Source: Candidatus Omnitrophota bacterium
GTDB lineage: Bacteria > Omnitrophota > Gorgyraeia > 2-01-FULL-45-10
Length of the DNA stretch: 64,000 nt
NCBI GenBank assembly: GCA_903843285.1
Contig: CAIMPC010000073.1
Span: forward strand, 20,578 to 84,577
Direction: 5' to 3'
Shown here: piece after piece, positions 41,748 through 51,824 of the stretch
Position numbering within the stretch: position 1 is the stretch's first letter
How the letters are laid out: the number at the start of each line of letters is the position of its first letter
Notes under the pieces: model-generated
Databases searched by the model: none
What the model was told of the DNA's origin: nothing
The model's input: the letters and a program-made list of their open reading frames with translations, nothing else
Program-made: the position numbers and the translations under genes

Positions 41748-42341
41748 ATGAGCTTCGATCCTATAAGCCTGGATCACAGAATCATATATCAGCTGATCGC
41801 CCCTGGCGCCAGGGTGCTGGATCTCGGTTGTGGCGATGGGGAGCTCATGTACCTTTTGGCTAAGGATAAGAATGTCAAGGTTCAGGGGATCGAGATCGAC
41901 GAGGAAGCGATATATAAATGTGTAGCCAGAGGCTTGAGTGTTTTTCATGGTGATATCGACAGCGGATTAAAAGAGTACCCCGACGATTCGTTCGACTATG
42001 TGATACTAAATCAGGCCATGCAGCAGGCTAAGAAAGCAGACTTTGTGATCACGGAAGCGCTCAGGGTCGGGAAGAAACTGATCATCGGATTTCCAAACTT
42101 TGGCCACATAAATGCGCGGGTCAGCCTATTCTTCAGAGGAAAGACGCCCGTGACGCCGTCACTACCATACCGCTGGTACAATACGCCCAACCTGCATTTT
42201 CTGACGATAAGTGATTTTAAATCATACTGCGCCGACAGAAAGATAAAAATATTGGAAAGTCGATATCTCAGCGGCAATAGAATAGTGTATATCTGGCCGA
42301 ATTTATTTGCGACCGACGCGATATTCGAGATGACAAAATAG
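41748..42341 (+). CDS. metW: Methionine biosynthesis protein MetW
   Basis: VLDLGCGDG, FPNFGH, LPYRWYNTPNLHF; follows metX. Confidence 0.93.
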   Translation: MSFDPISLDHRIIYQLIAPGARVLDLGCGDGELMYLLAKDKNVKVQGIEIDEEAIYKCVARGLSVFHGDIDSGLKEYPDDSFDYVILNQAMQQAKKADFVITEALRVGKKLIIGFPNFGHINARVSLFFRGKTPVTPSLPYRWYNTPNLHFLTISDFKSYCADRKIKILESRYLSGNRIVYIWPNLFATDAIFEMTK

Positions 42342-42631
42342 TGGTAAAAAATAAAAAAATCAAAGTCGGCGACAGAAGTGTCGAAGCGCTCCTATTCGAG
42401 CTGTCGGATAAAAATCTTATAGTCTTAAGGGGTTCCCGTGGCTATATCATGTGCGGCTATCTGAATTTAAAAGTGGCTGAGAATTTCAAGGATGTTGCTG
42501 TCAAGATAACGGGTGTATCTACGATAGAAGGGGCTCTTGGCGCTGTCGTTCATTCCTGCACGAGCCGAGCGCGCGGGCTGGGAATCCATAAAGGGCAGAA
42601 GATTACGGACGTATTGGGTATCATCGCCTGA
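42341..42631 (+). CDS. DUF1805/YunC family protein
   Basis: GYIMCGYLN...AVKITGV...LGI..G. Confidence 0.75.
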   Translation: MVKNKKIKVGDRSVEALLFELSDKNLIVLRGSRGYIMCGYLNLKVAENFKDVAVKITGVSTIEGALGAVVHSCTSRARGLGIHKGQKITDVLGIIA

Positions 42632-42662
42632 GTAGCAGTCGACAGGAAGGACCGTTTTCCGG

Positions 42663-43583
42663 ATGGAACACTTTATTCATATATTTCTACACTATCTTAA
42701 AGAGGTCGTGCCGGCTCTGGCCGCGGGATTTTTGATAAGCGGTATCGTCCATGAGCTGGTGCCGGAGGACATAGTAGGCAAGTATCTCGGTTCCGGCGGA
42801 ATCATGCCGATATTTTATGCAAGCCTTATCGGGACACTTCTGCCCATATGCTGTTGGGGTACGCTTCCCATAGCCGTAAGCTTCTATAAAAAAGGAGCGA
42901 AGCTCGGGCCCGTGCTGGCATTTCTCGTGGCTACACCCGCGACTTCGATAAGCGCACTACTCGTCTCCTACAGCATTATGGGACCGCTATTCACCGTCTA
43001 TATATTCTTTGCCGTAATAATAATGGGAATCACGGTAGGTTTGGTCGGCAATTCCATCAAATACACCCAAAGGGTCTCCGAAGAACCTGCCAAATGTTCG
43101 CATTGCGAGCGCGACCCCGGGCATATCCACATGCATAAAAAGAAGACGGCAGGTGGGCGAGCCGTATCTATTTTAAAATATGCATGCATAAAGATGCCGC
43201 AGGAAATAGGCCTGGAGCTCTTTGTCGGTCTTATCCTGGCATCTTTTGTGGCGGTATTCCTGCCGATAGGAAATTTTATAAAGACATTTCTGGGTAATTG
43301 GATCGGTTACGCCTTCGCCATAATATTCGGAATCCTGACATACATATGCTCTACGGCCACCGTGCCCCTCGTAGACAGCCTCGTGCGTCAGGGCATGAAT
43401 GTGGGCGCCGGAATGACTCTTCTCCTGATTGGCCCGGTAACGAGTTACGGCACCATCCTTGTGTTGTATAAGGAGTATGGGAGTAAAGTCCTGGTGATAT
43501 TTTTAGTGACATTGATAATAGTATCGCTTACACTAGGCGTTGGTTTTGAGGCGATAGTTAATCATCTTCATCATCCCGTCTAA
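42663..43583 (+). CDS. DUF318/ArsP-like permease
   Basis: LPICCWGTLP, FLVATP, His/Cys-rich loop, YICSTATVP, LLIGP. Confidence 0.82.
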   Translation: MEHFIHIFLHYLKEVVPALAAGFLISGIVHELVPEDIVGKYLGSGGIMPIFYASLIGTLLPICCWGTLPIAVSFYKKGAKLGPVLAFLVATPATSISALLVSYSIMGPLFTVYIFFAVIIMGITVGLVGNSIKYTQRVSEEPAKCSHCERDPGHIHMHKKKTAGGRAVSILKYACIKMPQEIGLELFVGLILASFVAVFLPIGNFIKTFLGNWIGYAFAIIFGILTYICSTATVPLVDSLVRQGMNVGAGMTLLLIGPVTSYGTILVLYKEYGSKVLVIFLVTLIIVSLTLGVGFEAIVNHLHHPV

Positions 43584-43644
43584 AAAGAAGACTATATTGT
43601 CTTTTAGCGGCATAGTGATATAATGAAGCATAGGTAGGAGATGT

Positions 43645-43878
43645 ATGCGACAGAAGAGAGCCATTTTAATAATATCAATCCTTATAGTAGCCGGTGCGAC
43701 TATTTACGGGATTGTGGTGAGAGCAGTTCACGCTCAGGGCGCCGGAGACCATCCCGAGACAACGTTCTCGGAAAAGCTCGGCACTATCCTACAGAACCAG
43801 AAGTCTATAATGGAAGACCTCGCCTCGATTAAAGAGGACCTCAGGATCATAAAGATAAGAGTGACACAGTCCCAATAG
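43645..43878 (+). CDS. Hypothetical exported small coiled-coil protein
   Basis: GTG start with AGGAG RBS; signal peptide ending VHA; ILQNQKSIMEDLASIKEDL. Confidence 0.6.
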   Translation: MRQKRAILIISILIVAGATIYGIVVRAVHAQGAGDHPETTFSEKLGTILQNQKSIMEDLASIKEDLRIIKIRVTQSQ

Positions 43879-43918
43879 CGCCTATGGCAAACACGCGCAA
43901 ATAATAAGGGTAGTTTTA

Positions 43919-44638
43919 ATGGCGGGAGAACATGTAGCGTATCTGGGAGCATTTACGGCAGGAGTGCTGACATTTCTTTCGCCGTGCATATTTCCCCTGA
44001 TACCTTCGTTTATAGCGTATATAGCCGGCGTCTCTTACAGCGAATTGACCGACGAGCAGAAAGATGTGCGCAGGAAGACGGTATCGCACACCATATTCTT
44101 TATTATAGGATTCTCGGTCGTATTTATTTTATTGGGGCTTACCGCAACAGCGGTAGGTAAGGCGCTCTTCGCGTATCAAAAGTTTATCAGAATTGCCGGC
44201 GGCGCGCTTATAATAATATTCGGCATAACATTGACCGGTATTATTAAGATGGGGTTTCTGGAAAAGAGCCTCCATATGCAATTTCGCGCCAAGAAAGCGA
44301 ATTATATAGGTTCTTTTTTGATCGGTGTGACATTTGCCGCGGCATGGACGCCCTGCGCCGGGCCGCTATTCGGGTCTATACTCGTGATAGCCGGGACCGA
44401 GGGTAGTGTGATCGAGGGCGCGAAATTACTGGCATTATATTCCCTGGGCATAGGAGTCCCGTTTCTGATCACGGCTTTGGCAATGCAGACGTTCCTGGCT
44501 TACTTAAACCGGTTCAAAAAAATAATGATGTATATTAATAGGGCCGCCGGCGCTATTCTCATAGTAGTCGGAATCCTTATAATAACGGATTCGCTGAATG
44601 TAATTACTGAGCGGATAGTGAGAATATTCGTAAAATAA
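43919..44638 (+). CDS. ccdA: Cytochrome c biogenesis/disulfide transport protein CcdA
   Basis: FLSPCIFPLIP and WTPCAGP motifs; multiple TM segments. Confidence 0.92.
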   Translation: MAGEHVAYLGAFTAGVLTFLSPCIFPLIPSFIAYIAGVSYSELTDEQKDVRRKTVSHTIFFIIGFSVVFILLGLTATAVGKALFAYQKFIRIAGGALIIIFGITLTGIIKMGFLEKSLHMQFRAKKANYIGSFLIGVTFAAAWTPCAGPLFGSILVIAGTEGSVIEGAKLLALYSLGIGVPFLITALAMQTFLAYLNRFKKIMMYINRAAGAILIVVGILIITDSLNVITERIVRIFVK

Positions 44639-44652
44639 TGGGAGGGCAGGTA

Positions 44653-45147
44653 ATGAGAAAGAGCACATTGGTTGTTATGCTTAGTTTGATTGTTCCGGCA
44701 ATTCTGCTGTACGGATGCGCGAGTATCTCCGCCCAGGACCAGTCGGCCCCGGATATTAAATTGCAAGATATTAAAGGTAACGCTATCCAGCTGTCCAGTT
44801 TTAAAGGCAAGGTCATAATACTCGACTTCTTTGCCACATGGTGCCCTCCATGCAGGCAGGAGATACCCGACTTCATCGCCCTTCAGGAAGAGTATAAAGA
44901 TAAGGATTTCGTCATGATAGGAGTTTCGCTAACTCCGCTGGATGACGTAAAGCCATTTACAGAAAAACTCGGTATTAATTATACCGTTCTTATCGGAGAC
45001 GATAAAGCGGAGAGCGCTTATGGTCCGATAAGGTCGATACCAACGACGTTCGTAATCGATAAAGATTTTAAGGTAGCGAAGAAGTATATAGGTTTCAGGG
45101 CAAAAGAAGTTTTTGAAAACGATGTTAAAGAGCTTTTGAGTAAATAG
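44653..45147 (+). CDS. TlpA/ResA-like thiol-disulfide oxidoreductase lipoprotein
   Basis: Lipobox LLYGC; FFATWCPPC; IPTTFVID. Confidence 0.9.
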   Translation: MRKSTLVVMLSLIVPAILLYGCASISAQDQSAPDIKLQDIKGNAIQLSSFKGKVIILDFFATWCPPCRQEIPDFIALQEEYKDKDFVMIGVSLTPLDDVKPFTEKLGINYTVLIGDDKAESAYGPIRSIPTTFVIDKDFKVAKKYIGFRAKEVFENDVKELLSK

Positions 45148-45160
45148 AAAGGAAATAACA

Positions 45161-45382
45161 ATGAAAGAGAAGATAGGGAAGGCGCTTGCAAAGGTAAGGG
45201 CGGGACTGCAACAAGACGGTGGTGACATCGAGTTCGTCTCTATAGAGAGCGGAGTGGTGAAGGTCCGGCTGAAAGGCGCATGCGCGGGCTGTCCGATGAG
45301 CCAAATGACGCTGGCTAACTTCGTAGAGCGAGAACTCAAAGCCGCAGTGCCGGAGATCACGCGCGTCGAGCCGGTGATATAG
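45161..45382 (+). CDS. NifU-like (Nfu) Fe-S carrier domain protein
   Basis: LQQDGGDIEFV...LKGACAGCPMS..TL. Confidence 0.92.
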   Translation: MKEKIGKALAKVRAGLQQDGGDIEFVSIESGVVKVRLKGACAGCPMSQMTLANFVERELKAAVPEITRVEPVI

Positions 45383-45464
45383 GGGGAGATCGTTTAATAG
45401 GAAAGCGTTGGCGGTCAATTAACCACTACCATGTAGCATAAACAATTTAACGTAGAGAGGTAAA

Positions 45465-45974
45465 ATGAAAAAGCGCACCAGCAGTAAAAGTAATACAGAA
45501 TCAACTCAGGGACTTCCGGCTATAATGGGTCTGATCGGTACTATGCAGCAACAGCTCGCGATTATAGAAAAGAAGATGGACACTCTCATTAATAAATCTT
45601 TGGCAACACCGCCTGCCGAGCGACGTTTTCCCAGGCTCTTCACGCATAGCGCGCCGCATGCACAGTCGCCCCAACGTCGCGATGAGAGACAGGACAATAA
45701 TTTCAGAGAAAGGATTCTGCATAAAGCAGTCTGCGCAGACTGCAAAAAGCAATGCGAAGTGCCTTTTAAGCCTACGGGTGATCGTCCGGTATACTGTAAG
45801 GATTGTTTTTCAAAGCGCAGGATCGACACTTCATTTAATCCCAATGTGGCCAGCACTCACTCTATGCCAAGTATCGCACCTGTGCGGCATCAGGAAAGGG
45901 TCAGAGTAAGCGAAACTGTAAAACCGGAACGGAAGAGGAGTGCGACCTTCAGCAAGAAAAAAAAGCGATCCTAA
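45465..45974 (+). CDS. CxxC-x17-CxxC domain protein
   Basis: AVCADCKKQCEVPFKPTGDRPVYCKDCF. Confidence 0.85.
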   Translation: MKKRTSSKSNTESTQGLPAIMGLIGTMQQQLAIIEKKMDTLINKSLATPPAERRFPRLFTHSAPHAQSPQRRDERQDNNFRERILHKAVCADCKKQCEVPFKPTGDRPVYCKDCFSKRRIDTSFNPNVASTHSMPSIAPVRHQERVRVSETVKPERKRSATFSKKKKRS

Positions 45975-46020
45975 CGAGGCCCAGACAGTTCGGTATTATC
46001 CTGAAAGTAACTAAAATAGC

Positions 46021-46070
46021 TTGAAATAGTTGTAACTTTATACTACGATAGTTGTAAAAAGAGACACTAT
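46021..46070 (+). promoter_or_regulatory. Promoter with a tandem operator repeat for the MNT-HEPN pair
   Basis: TTGAAA-N17-TACGAT; ATAGTTGTAA repeated at 46026 and 46048. Confidence 0.55.
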
Positions 46071-46646
46071 ATGGTCAGCGTTATTCAAGTGACAAAGTCA
46101 AGATTACGGCAGAAGATATTATCCTATTATTTTACAAATCCTGCAAAGCATCTATACGTAAGGCAACTGGCTTCAATTATTAATGAGGATCCCGGTAATC
46201 TGTCGAAAGAATTAGCCGCTCTCGAAAAGGGAGGGATATTTACTGTCCATATAAAAGGAAATCAAAAGCATTTTTACCTAAATAAGCAATATCCGCTATT
46301 TGGCGAACTCAAATCCATTTTTTTTAAAACCATCGGAGTAGAGGGAAGGTTGAGAGATATAATCATTAAGATGAAAGACATCGAGCTTTCTTTTATATAC
46401 GGTTCCTACGCCGCCAATAACGAGAATGCCGCAAGCGATATCGATTTGCTAATAGTTGGCAAACCCAATGAAGATGAATTGCTTAAAGCCATCGAATCTG
46501 CCGAGCGAATATTGGGCAGAGAAATAAATTATAACGTCTATCCGGAAAAAGAGTTTAAAGAAAAAGTGAAAAGAAATGACAATTTCATCCGGAATATTCT
46601 TGGCAGGCCAAAAATAATGTTAAAGGGAGAGATGCGTGCTATTTAA
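46071..46646 (+). CDS. wHTH-fused minimal nucleotidyltransferase (MNT antitoxin-like)
   Basis: N-terminal HTH (YVRQLA...GNLSKEL); YGSYA-x8-DIDLLIVG. Confidence 0.85.
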   Translation: MVSVIQVTKSRLRQKILSYYFTNPAKHLYVRQLASIINEDPGNLSKELAALEKGGIFTVHIKGNQKHFYLNKQYPLFGELKSIFFKTIGVEGRLRDIIIKMKDIELSFIYGSYAANNENAASDIDLLIVGKPNEDELLKAIESAERILGREINYNVYPEKEFKEKVKRNDNFIRNILGRPKIMLKGEMRAI

Positions 46647-47085
46647 TGACCTGCTTAAAAATGGGCAAATAGTAAAAGAAAATACTACGAAAGAGAAGAT
46701 AGTTGAATTTTTACAGTTTGCGGAGGATGAATTAGCGGCCGCCGAATTTAACTTAAAAAGATTTCCTTTAACAGCGTACAAATGCGCATACGATGCGTTA
46801 ATACACGCAGGTAACGCGCTAATAAGATATTACGGTTACAGGCCAACAGATAAATATACTCATGCCACTATAACGGAATGTGTTGATAGGGTGCTGGGTC
46901 AGGAATGTGGAGATCTTGCGAGGGGGTTTAAGCGAATGCGTAAAAAGAGGCATCCTTTGCAATATGACGCGTTATTTTCCGAATCTCACAAGGAAGTGCA
47001 GGACAGTATAGTCAGGGCAGATAAGCTCATTGCTAAAATAGAAGAACATATTAAGATAAAACCATCGCAAAAAAGATTATTTTAA
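46636..47085 (+). CDS. HEPN domain protein
   Basis: Helical; AYDALIHA..AL, H, RKKRHPLQY (R-x4-Y); overlaps the MNT gene. Confidence 0.8.
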   Translation: MLFNDLLKNGQIVKENTTKEKIVEFLQFAEDELAAAEFNLKRFPLTAYKCAYDALIHAGNALIRYYGYRPTDKYTHATITECVDRVLGQECGDLARGFKRMRKKRHPLQYDALFSESHKEVQDSIVRADKLIAKIEEHIKIKPSQKRLF

Positions 47086-47109
47086 TCTAATCTACAGAGG
47101 AAATAGATA

Positions 47110-47757
47110 ATGATAATAACAAAGCAGAAAGCATTTGAAGAGATACTGAAATCGCTCGATACGAAAAATAAGATATTTATCGTAGGATGCGGGGAATGCT
47201 CAACTGTTTGTAAAACAGGCGGCGAGGATGACGTTAAGAAGATAAAGGAGCTCCTCGAGAAGGAAGGCAAAATTGTTACCGGCTACTGTATTCCTTCGGC
47301 CCCGTGCGTCGCCGGAAAACTTAAAGTGGAGCTCGCGAAGAGCCGTAAGGAGATAGAGGCCTCGAATGCCATTCTGGTATTCGCTTGCGGTCTCGGTATG
47401 CAGTCGGTTAAAGACAATCTGCGCATTGAAAAGCCGATACACGTCGGATGTGACACTCTCTTCATGGGGCAGATAGATTCAAATAACGCGTTTCTCGAGC
47501 GGTGCACTGCGTGCGGTGACTGCGTTCTCGAACTGACCGGCCTTATCTGTCCTGTGACGCGCTGTCCGAAGTCGCTCATGAGCGGACCATGTGGCGGCCA
47601 GAACAATGGCAAGTGCGAAGTCGATAAGGACAAAGACTGCGCATGGATCCTGATATATAACGAACTTAAGAGGCAGAACAAGCTCGATCTATTCAGACAA
47701 CCAAGACCCCCCAAAGATCACTCCAAAAGCCTCAAGCCCCGTAATCTCAAATTATAG
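47110..47757 (+). CDS. metV: Methylenetetrahydrofolate reductase C-terminal/MetV-type Cys-rich subunit
   Basis: GCGECSTVC.TGG, ACG.G.Q, C..CGDC.L..TG.ICP.TRCPKSL..GPCGG...KCEV....CAW. Confidence 0.82.
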   Translation: MIITKQKAFEEILKSLDTKNKIFIVGCGECSTVCKTGGEDDVKKIKELLEKEGKIVTGYCIPSAPCVAGKLKVELAKSRKEIEASNAILVFACGLGMQSVKDNLRIEKPIHVGCDTLFMGQIDSNNAFLERCTACGDCVLELTGLICPVTRCPKSLMSGPCGGQNNGKCEVDKDKDCAWILIYNELKRQNKLDLFRQPRPPKDHSKSLKPRNLKL

Positions 47758-47938
47758 TTATCGTAGACATCTAACCTGGTTAGATATTTTTATATAGCAT
47801 TAAACAGTTGAACGTAGCGGGGGATGCTTGACAAGTCTTCCGAAAATGGTATCGTATAAGTGATCAATTATTGTCCGTAGCCCACGATATTAGGATATCT
47901 CTGCCGTGAGGCGGACAAGATAAGATGAGGGAGACATT

Positions 47939-49108
47939 ATGAGACTTGTATATCTGGATAACAACGCCACAACCAGAATGCGCGAAGAGGTGCTGGAAGC
48001 GATGATGCCGTACTGTAAAGATGTTTACGGTAACGCATCGAGCATACATCGATTTGGCCGTCAGGCGCGCGTGGCTGTGGATAAGGCACGGCAGGAGGTC
48101 GCGAGTCTCTTGGGCGCGTCGAGCCCCGAGGAGATAATATTCACATCCGGCGGAACAGAAGCGGATAATTTTGCCATTAAGGGTGCAGTGCATGCGATGC
48201 GCAAAAAAGGGAATCATATAATTACATCGTCCATCGAGCATAGTGCGGTCCTTAATTCGATGAAAGCACTCGAGAAGGACGGATATAAGATTACATATCT
48301 GCCGGTGGATGGGTACGGCCTTATCAATCCGAACGACGTAAAGAAGGCAATAACGGACAGTACAGTGCTGATATCGATAATGTACGCGAATAACGAAGTC
48401 GGTACAATCGAGCCCATAGAGAAGATGGGGGAAATCGCGAAAGAGAGAGGCGTATACTTTCATACGGATGCCGTCCAGGCTGTCGGCAAGGTAACGTTTC
48501 AAGCGAAGGACTTGCCCGTCGATATCCTATCGATGTCCGCGCATAAAATCTATGGACCGAAAGGCGTTGGAGCCATCTACATTAAGAAATCTACTAAGGT
48601 CGATACGATAATGCATGGTGGGCACCAGGAGATGGGTAGGCGCGCGGGCACAGAGAATGTGCCGGGCATCGTCGGGCTTGGCAGGGCCGCGGAGTTTGCG
48701 AAGAAGGAAGCACAGGAGGAGCCTAAAAGATTATGCGAGCTCAGAGATTACCTGTATAAAAATATAGCCCAAGCTATACCGGATACGAGACTTAACGGGG
48801 AGCCCGAAAAGAGACTGCCTAACACATTGAATATTGGTTTCAAATATCTGGAAGGCGAGTCCATAATGCTGAACATGGATATGGAGGGAATAGCCGTCTC
48901 GACCGGCTCGGCTTGCACTTCCGGGACGCTCGAGCCGTCTCATGTGCTAACGGCGATGGGTATCGATGCGGGTGACGCACAAGGGTCTATAAGGTTTTCA
49001 TTGGGAAGAGATAATACAAAAAAAGATATCGATTATGTGCTGAAGGTACTGCCTCCGATCATACAGAGATTGAGAGACATGTCGCCCCTATATGAGAAAG
49101 GAAAATAA
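47939..49108 (+). CDS. iscS: Cysteine desulfurase
   Basis: YLDNNATT, FTSGGTE, NNEVGT, HTDAVQ, SAHKIYGPKG, STGSACTS. Confidence 0.95.
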   Translation: MRLVYLDNNATTRMREEVLEAMMPYCKDVYGNASSIHRFGRQARVAVDKARQEVASLLGASSPEEIIFTSGGTEADNFAIKGAVHAMRKKGNHIITSSIEHSAVLNSMKALEKDGYKITYLPVDGYGLINPNDVKKAITDSTVLISIMYANNEVGTIEPIEKMGEIAKERGVYFHTDAVQAVGKVTFQAKDLPVDILSMSAHKIYGPKGVGAIYIKKSTKVDTIMHGGHQEMGRRAGTENVPGIVGLGRAAEFAKKEAQEEPKRLCELRDYLYKNIAQAIPDTRLNGEPEKRLPNTLNIGFKYLEGESIMLNMDMEGIAVSTGSACTSGTLEPSHVLTAMGIDAGDAQGSIRFSLGRDNTKKDIDYVLKVLPPIIQRLRDMSPLYEKGK

Positions 49109-49110
49109 AG

Positions 49111-49530
49111 ATGGAAGGACAGTATTCAGATCAGGTCATGGAACATTTCCGGAATCCGCGCAACGTGGGTGAGATACCGGACGCGGACGGCATTGGCAAT
49201 GTCGGGAACCCTGTTTGCGGAGATATCATGCGGCTGTATATAAAGGTCGATCCCGCAACTGAGACAATAATCGATGCGAAGTTTAAGACGTTCGGATGTG
49301 GCGCGGCAATAGCGACATCGAGCATGGTGACTGAGCTCGTTAAGGGCAAGACCATAGAGGAGGCCCTTAAGGTCTCTAATCACGCGGTTGCAGAAGCTCT
49401 CGGAGGATTGCCCAAGATAAAGATGCATTGTTCGGTATTGGCTGAACAGGCGCTTACCGGGGCAATAAACGATTACCTTAAGAAACATGGCAAGCCCGTT
49501 GTGGACAAGAAGTTTAAGGATGCACATTAA
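49111..49530 (+). CDS. iscU: Fe-S scaffold IscU/NifU N-terminal
   Basis: HFRNPRNVG, GNPVCGD, FGCGAAIA, LPKIKMHCSVL. Confidence 0.95.
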   Translation: MEGQYSDQVMEHFRNPRNVGEIPDADGIGNVGNPVCGDIMRLYIKVDPATETIIDAKFKTFGCGAAIATSSMVTELVKGKTIEEALKVSNHAVAEALGGLPKIKMHCSVLAEQALTGAINDYLKKHGKPVVDKKFKDAH

Positions 49531-49558
49531 TAAATCCTTTGGGAGAGGCCCCTTATAA

Positions 49559-50107
49559 TTGAAGCATAAGATACGAAGCCATATTAAAGAGAAGATAAGG
49601 TCCTATTCGGCACTTGAAAAATCGAAAAAAAGTGCTATAATACAGGACAGGTTATTTAATGAGGAGGAGTTCAAAAGGGCACAGCTTGTGATGTTTTACG
49701 TCTCGCTTCGGGATGAAGTGAATACGCTTTCGATGATAGACGAGGCGGTAAAGATGGGGAAGAGAGTCTGCGTACCTGTGATACTAAAAGAAGAAAGACG
49801 CTTAATTGCAGGCGAAATAAAGGATAGGGAAAAAGACTTGGAAAGACAGCATTTTGGAATCTACCAACCGATAGTTGGACACGTGAAAGAGGTTCCTTTA
49901 GAAGATATAGACTTGGTTGTGGTGCCGGGCATAGCCTTTGACAAAAATAATGTTAGGCTGGGCCGAGGACATGGCTATTACGACAGGTTTCTATGCTGTC
50001 TTCCTAAAAAGACTAAGACGATAGGCCTGGCCTTCGACTTTCAAGTCTTGGAGTACCTACCCAGAGATTCTCACGACGTTCCCGTCTGGAAAACCATCAC
50101 AGCATAA
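49559..50107 (+). CDS. ygfA: 5-formyltetrahydrofolate cyclo-ligase
   Basis: VVPGIAFD..NVRLGRGHGYYDRFL, HDVP. Confidence 0.92.
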   Translation: MKHKIRSHIKEKIRSYSALEKSKKSAIIQDRLFNEEEFKRAQLVMFYVSLRDEVNTLSMIDEAVKMGKRVCVPVILKEERRLIAGEIKDREKDLERQHFGIYQPIVGHVKEVPLEDIDLVVVPGIAFDKNNVRLGRGHGYYDRFLCCLPKKTKTIGLAFDFQVLEYLPRDSHDVPVWKTITA

Positions 50108-50206
50108 CACCGTAAAGAGTGCTAAAGAAGGTTTTTCGATGCACATTAACTTGTGCATCGGGGCATGTTTCTTTGCCTTTTTCGGTTTCAACATAGGGGG
50201 GCATAT

Positions 50207-51781
50207 ATGCAACACCAGGAGATAACTATAATCTACATTGGCCTTGCCGGAATAGCTGCGGTTGCTTTCATTGGGCTGGGGTATTTCATACGCAAGTTTC
50301 ATGCAAAGAGCAAAGTCAGGGCGGCCGAAGATAAAGCTAAAAATATGGTTGAGGCGGCAAGGGGTGATGCCGATAAATTAAAGTATGAGGCAGAGCTTCA
50401 GGCAAAAGATATGCTTCTAAAGCTCAGGACGGAGTTTGAAAAAGAGACTAAGGACCGCCGACAGGAGCTCATAATACTGGAAAAGAGACTCATACAGAAG
50501 GAAGAGAATCTTGATCGGAAAGTAGATATCCTCGACCGAAAGGAAAAGGAAAACGATAGAAGAGACCATACCTTAATCGAGAAAGAGAAGCAGATTATAT
50601 CTAAAGATAAAGAGATGGACAGGTTACTGCAGGAAGAGAAAGAGAAGCTTCAGAATATATCGGGCATGACCAGAGATGAGGCGCGCCAACTGCTCTTGAA
50701 AAAACTTGAAGACGAAGTGAAGCAGGAGGCGGCGATATTTATAAAGCGCAGTGAGGAAGAGGCCAAGGAGAAAGCCGATAAAGAGGCCAGGAAGATCATA
50801 GGTTTAGCTATTCAGCGCTGTGCGGCCGATCATACCGTGGAGACCACGGTAAGTGTAGTCCACCTGCCCAGTGATGAGATGAAAGGCAGGATCATAGGGC
50901 GTGAAGGGCGCAATATACGGGCGCTCGAGATAGCCACGGGTATAGACGTTATAATTGACGATACACCGGAGGCCGTTATACTATCCGGGTTCGATCCGAT
51001 AAAGCGTGAAATAGCGAAGATATCGCTGGAGCGCCTTTTACAGGACGGACGTATCCATCCCGGCAGGATAGAAGAGATAGTCGAGAAGGTTAAGAAGGAG
51101 ATGGAGAACACGATGCGCGAAGAGGGTGAGAAGTCCTTATTTGATACGGGTTTGCACGGCGTTCATCCCGAGATAATAAAACTTTTAGGCCGCTTAAAAT
51201 ACAGAACGAGTTACGGACAGAATGTGTTGCAGCACTCTAAAGAGGTGGCGTATCTGATGGGTGTGATGGCGAGCGAATTAAAGCTGGACTTCACTCTGGC
51301 GAAGAGGATAGGCCTTCTGCATGATATTGGAAAGGCGATAAGCCATGAGGTCGAAGGCACACACTCGAAGCTCGGGGCAGACCTTGCCCGTAAGTACGGC
51401 GAGTCGGAGAACATCTGTCATGCGATAGAGGCGCATCATCAGGATATAGAACCTAAGACACTGCTGGCGGTTCTTGTGCAGGCGGCGGATGCCATCAGCG
51501 CGACCAGGCCGGGCGCCAGACGAGAGACGCTCGAGACATATGTTAAGAGGCTCGAAAAGCTCGAAGCGATAGCGGATTCATTTAAAGGGGTTGCTAAGGC
51601 ATACGCGATACAGGCCGGGCGCGAGATACGCGTAATGGTATTACCGGACAAAGTGACGGATGCTCAGGCCGCCGTCATGGCGCGTGATATCACGAAAAAG
51701 ATCGAAGAGGGGTTAGAGTACCCGGGACAGATCAAAGTTACCGTGGTGCGCGAAACCAGGGCTGTCGAGTACGCAAAATAA
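50207..51781 (+). CDS. rny: Ribonuclease Y
   Basis: N-terminal TM, coiled coil, KH ([14 protein letters not shown]), HD (LLHDIGK). Confidence 0.97.
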   Translation: MQHQEITIIYIGLAGIAAVAFIGLGYFIRKFHAKSKVRAAEDKAKNMVEAARGDADKLKYEAELQAKDMLLKLRTEFEKETKDRRQELIILEKRLIQKEENLDRKVDILDRKEKENDRRDHTLIEKEKQIISKDKEMDRLLQEEKEKLQNISGMTRDEARQLLLKKLEDEVKQEAAIFIKRSEEEAKEKADKEARKIIGLAIQRCAADHTVETTVSVVHLPSDEMKGRIIGREGRNIRALEIATGIDVIIDDTPEAVILSGFDPIKREIAKISLERLLQDGRIHPGRIEEIVEKVKKEMENTMREEGEKSLFDTGLHGVHPEIIKLLGRLKYRTSYGQNVLQHSKEVAYLMGVMASELKLDFTLAKRIGLLHDIGKAISHEVEGTHSKLGADLARKYGESENICHAIEAHHQDIEPKTLLAVLVQAADAISATRPGARRETLETYVKRLEKLEAIADSFKGVAKAYAIQAGREIRVMVLPDKVTDAQAAVMARDITKKIEEGLEYPGQIKVTVVRETRAVEYAK

Positions 51782-51824
51782 GGCGGACGAATAGTACCGT
51801 CAAAATAAATAGAACAAGGGGATT

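Noticed and set aside
50125-50175. Hairpin CGATGCACA/TGTGCATCG and upstream GTG start of rny
   Set aside because: An ordinary intergenic stem; ATG 50207 has the better RBS and is followed by the TM helix.
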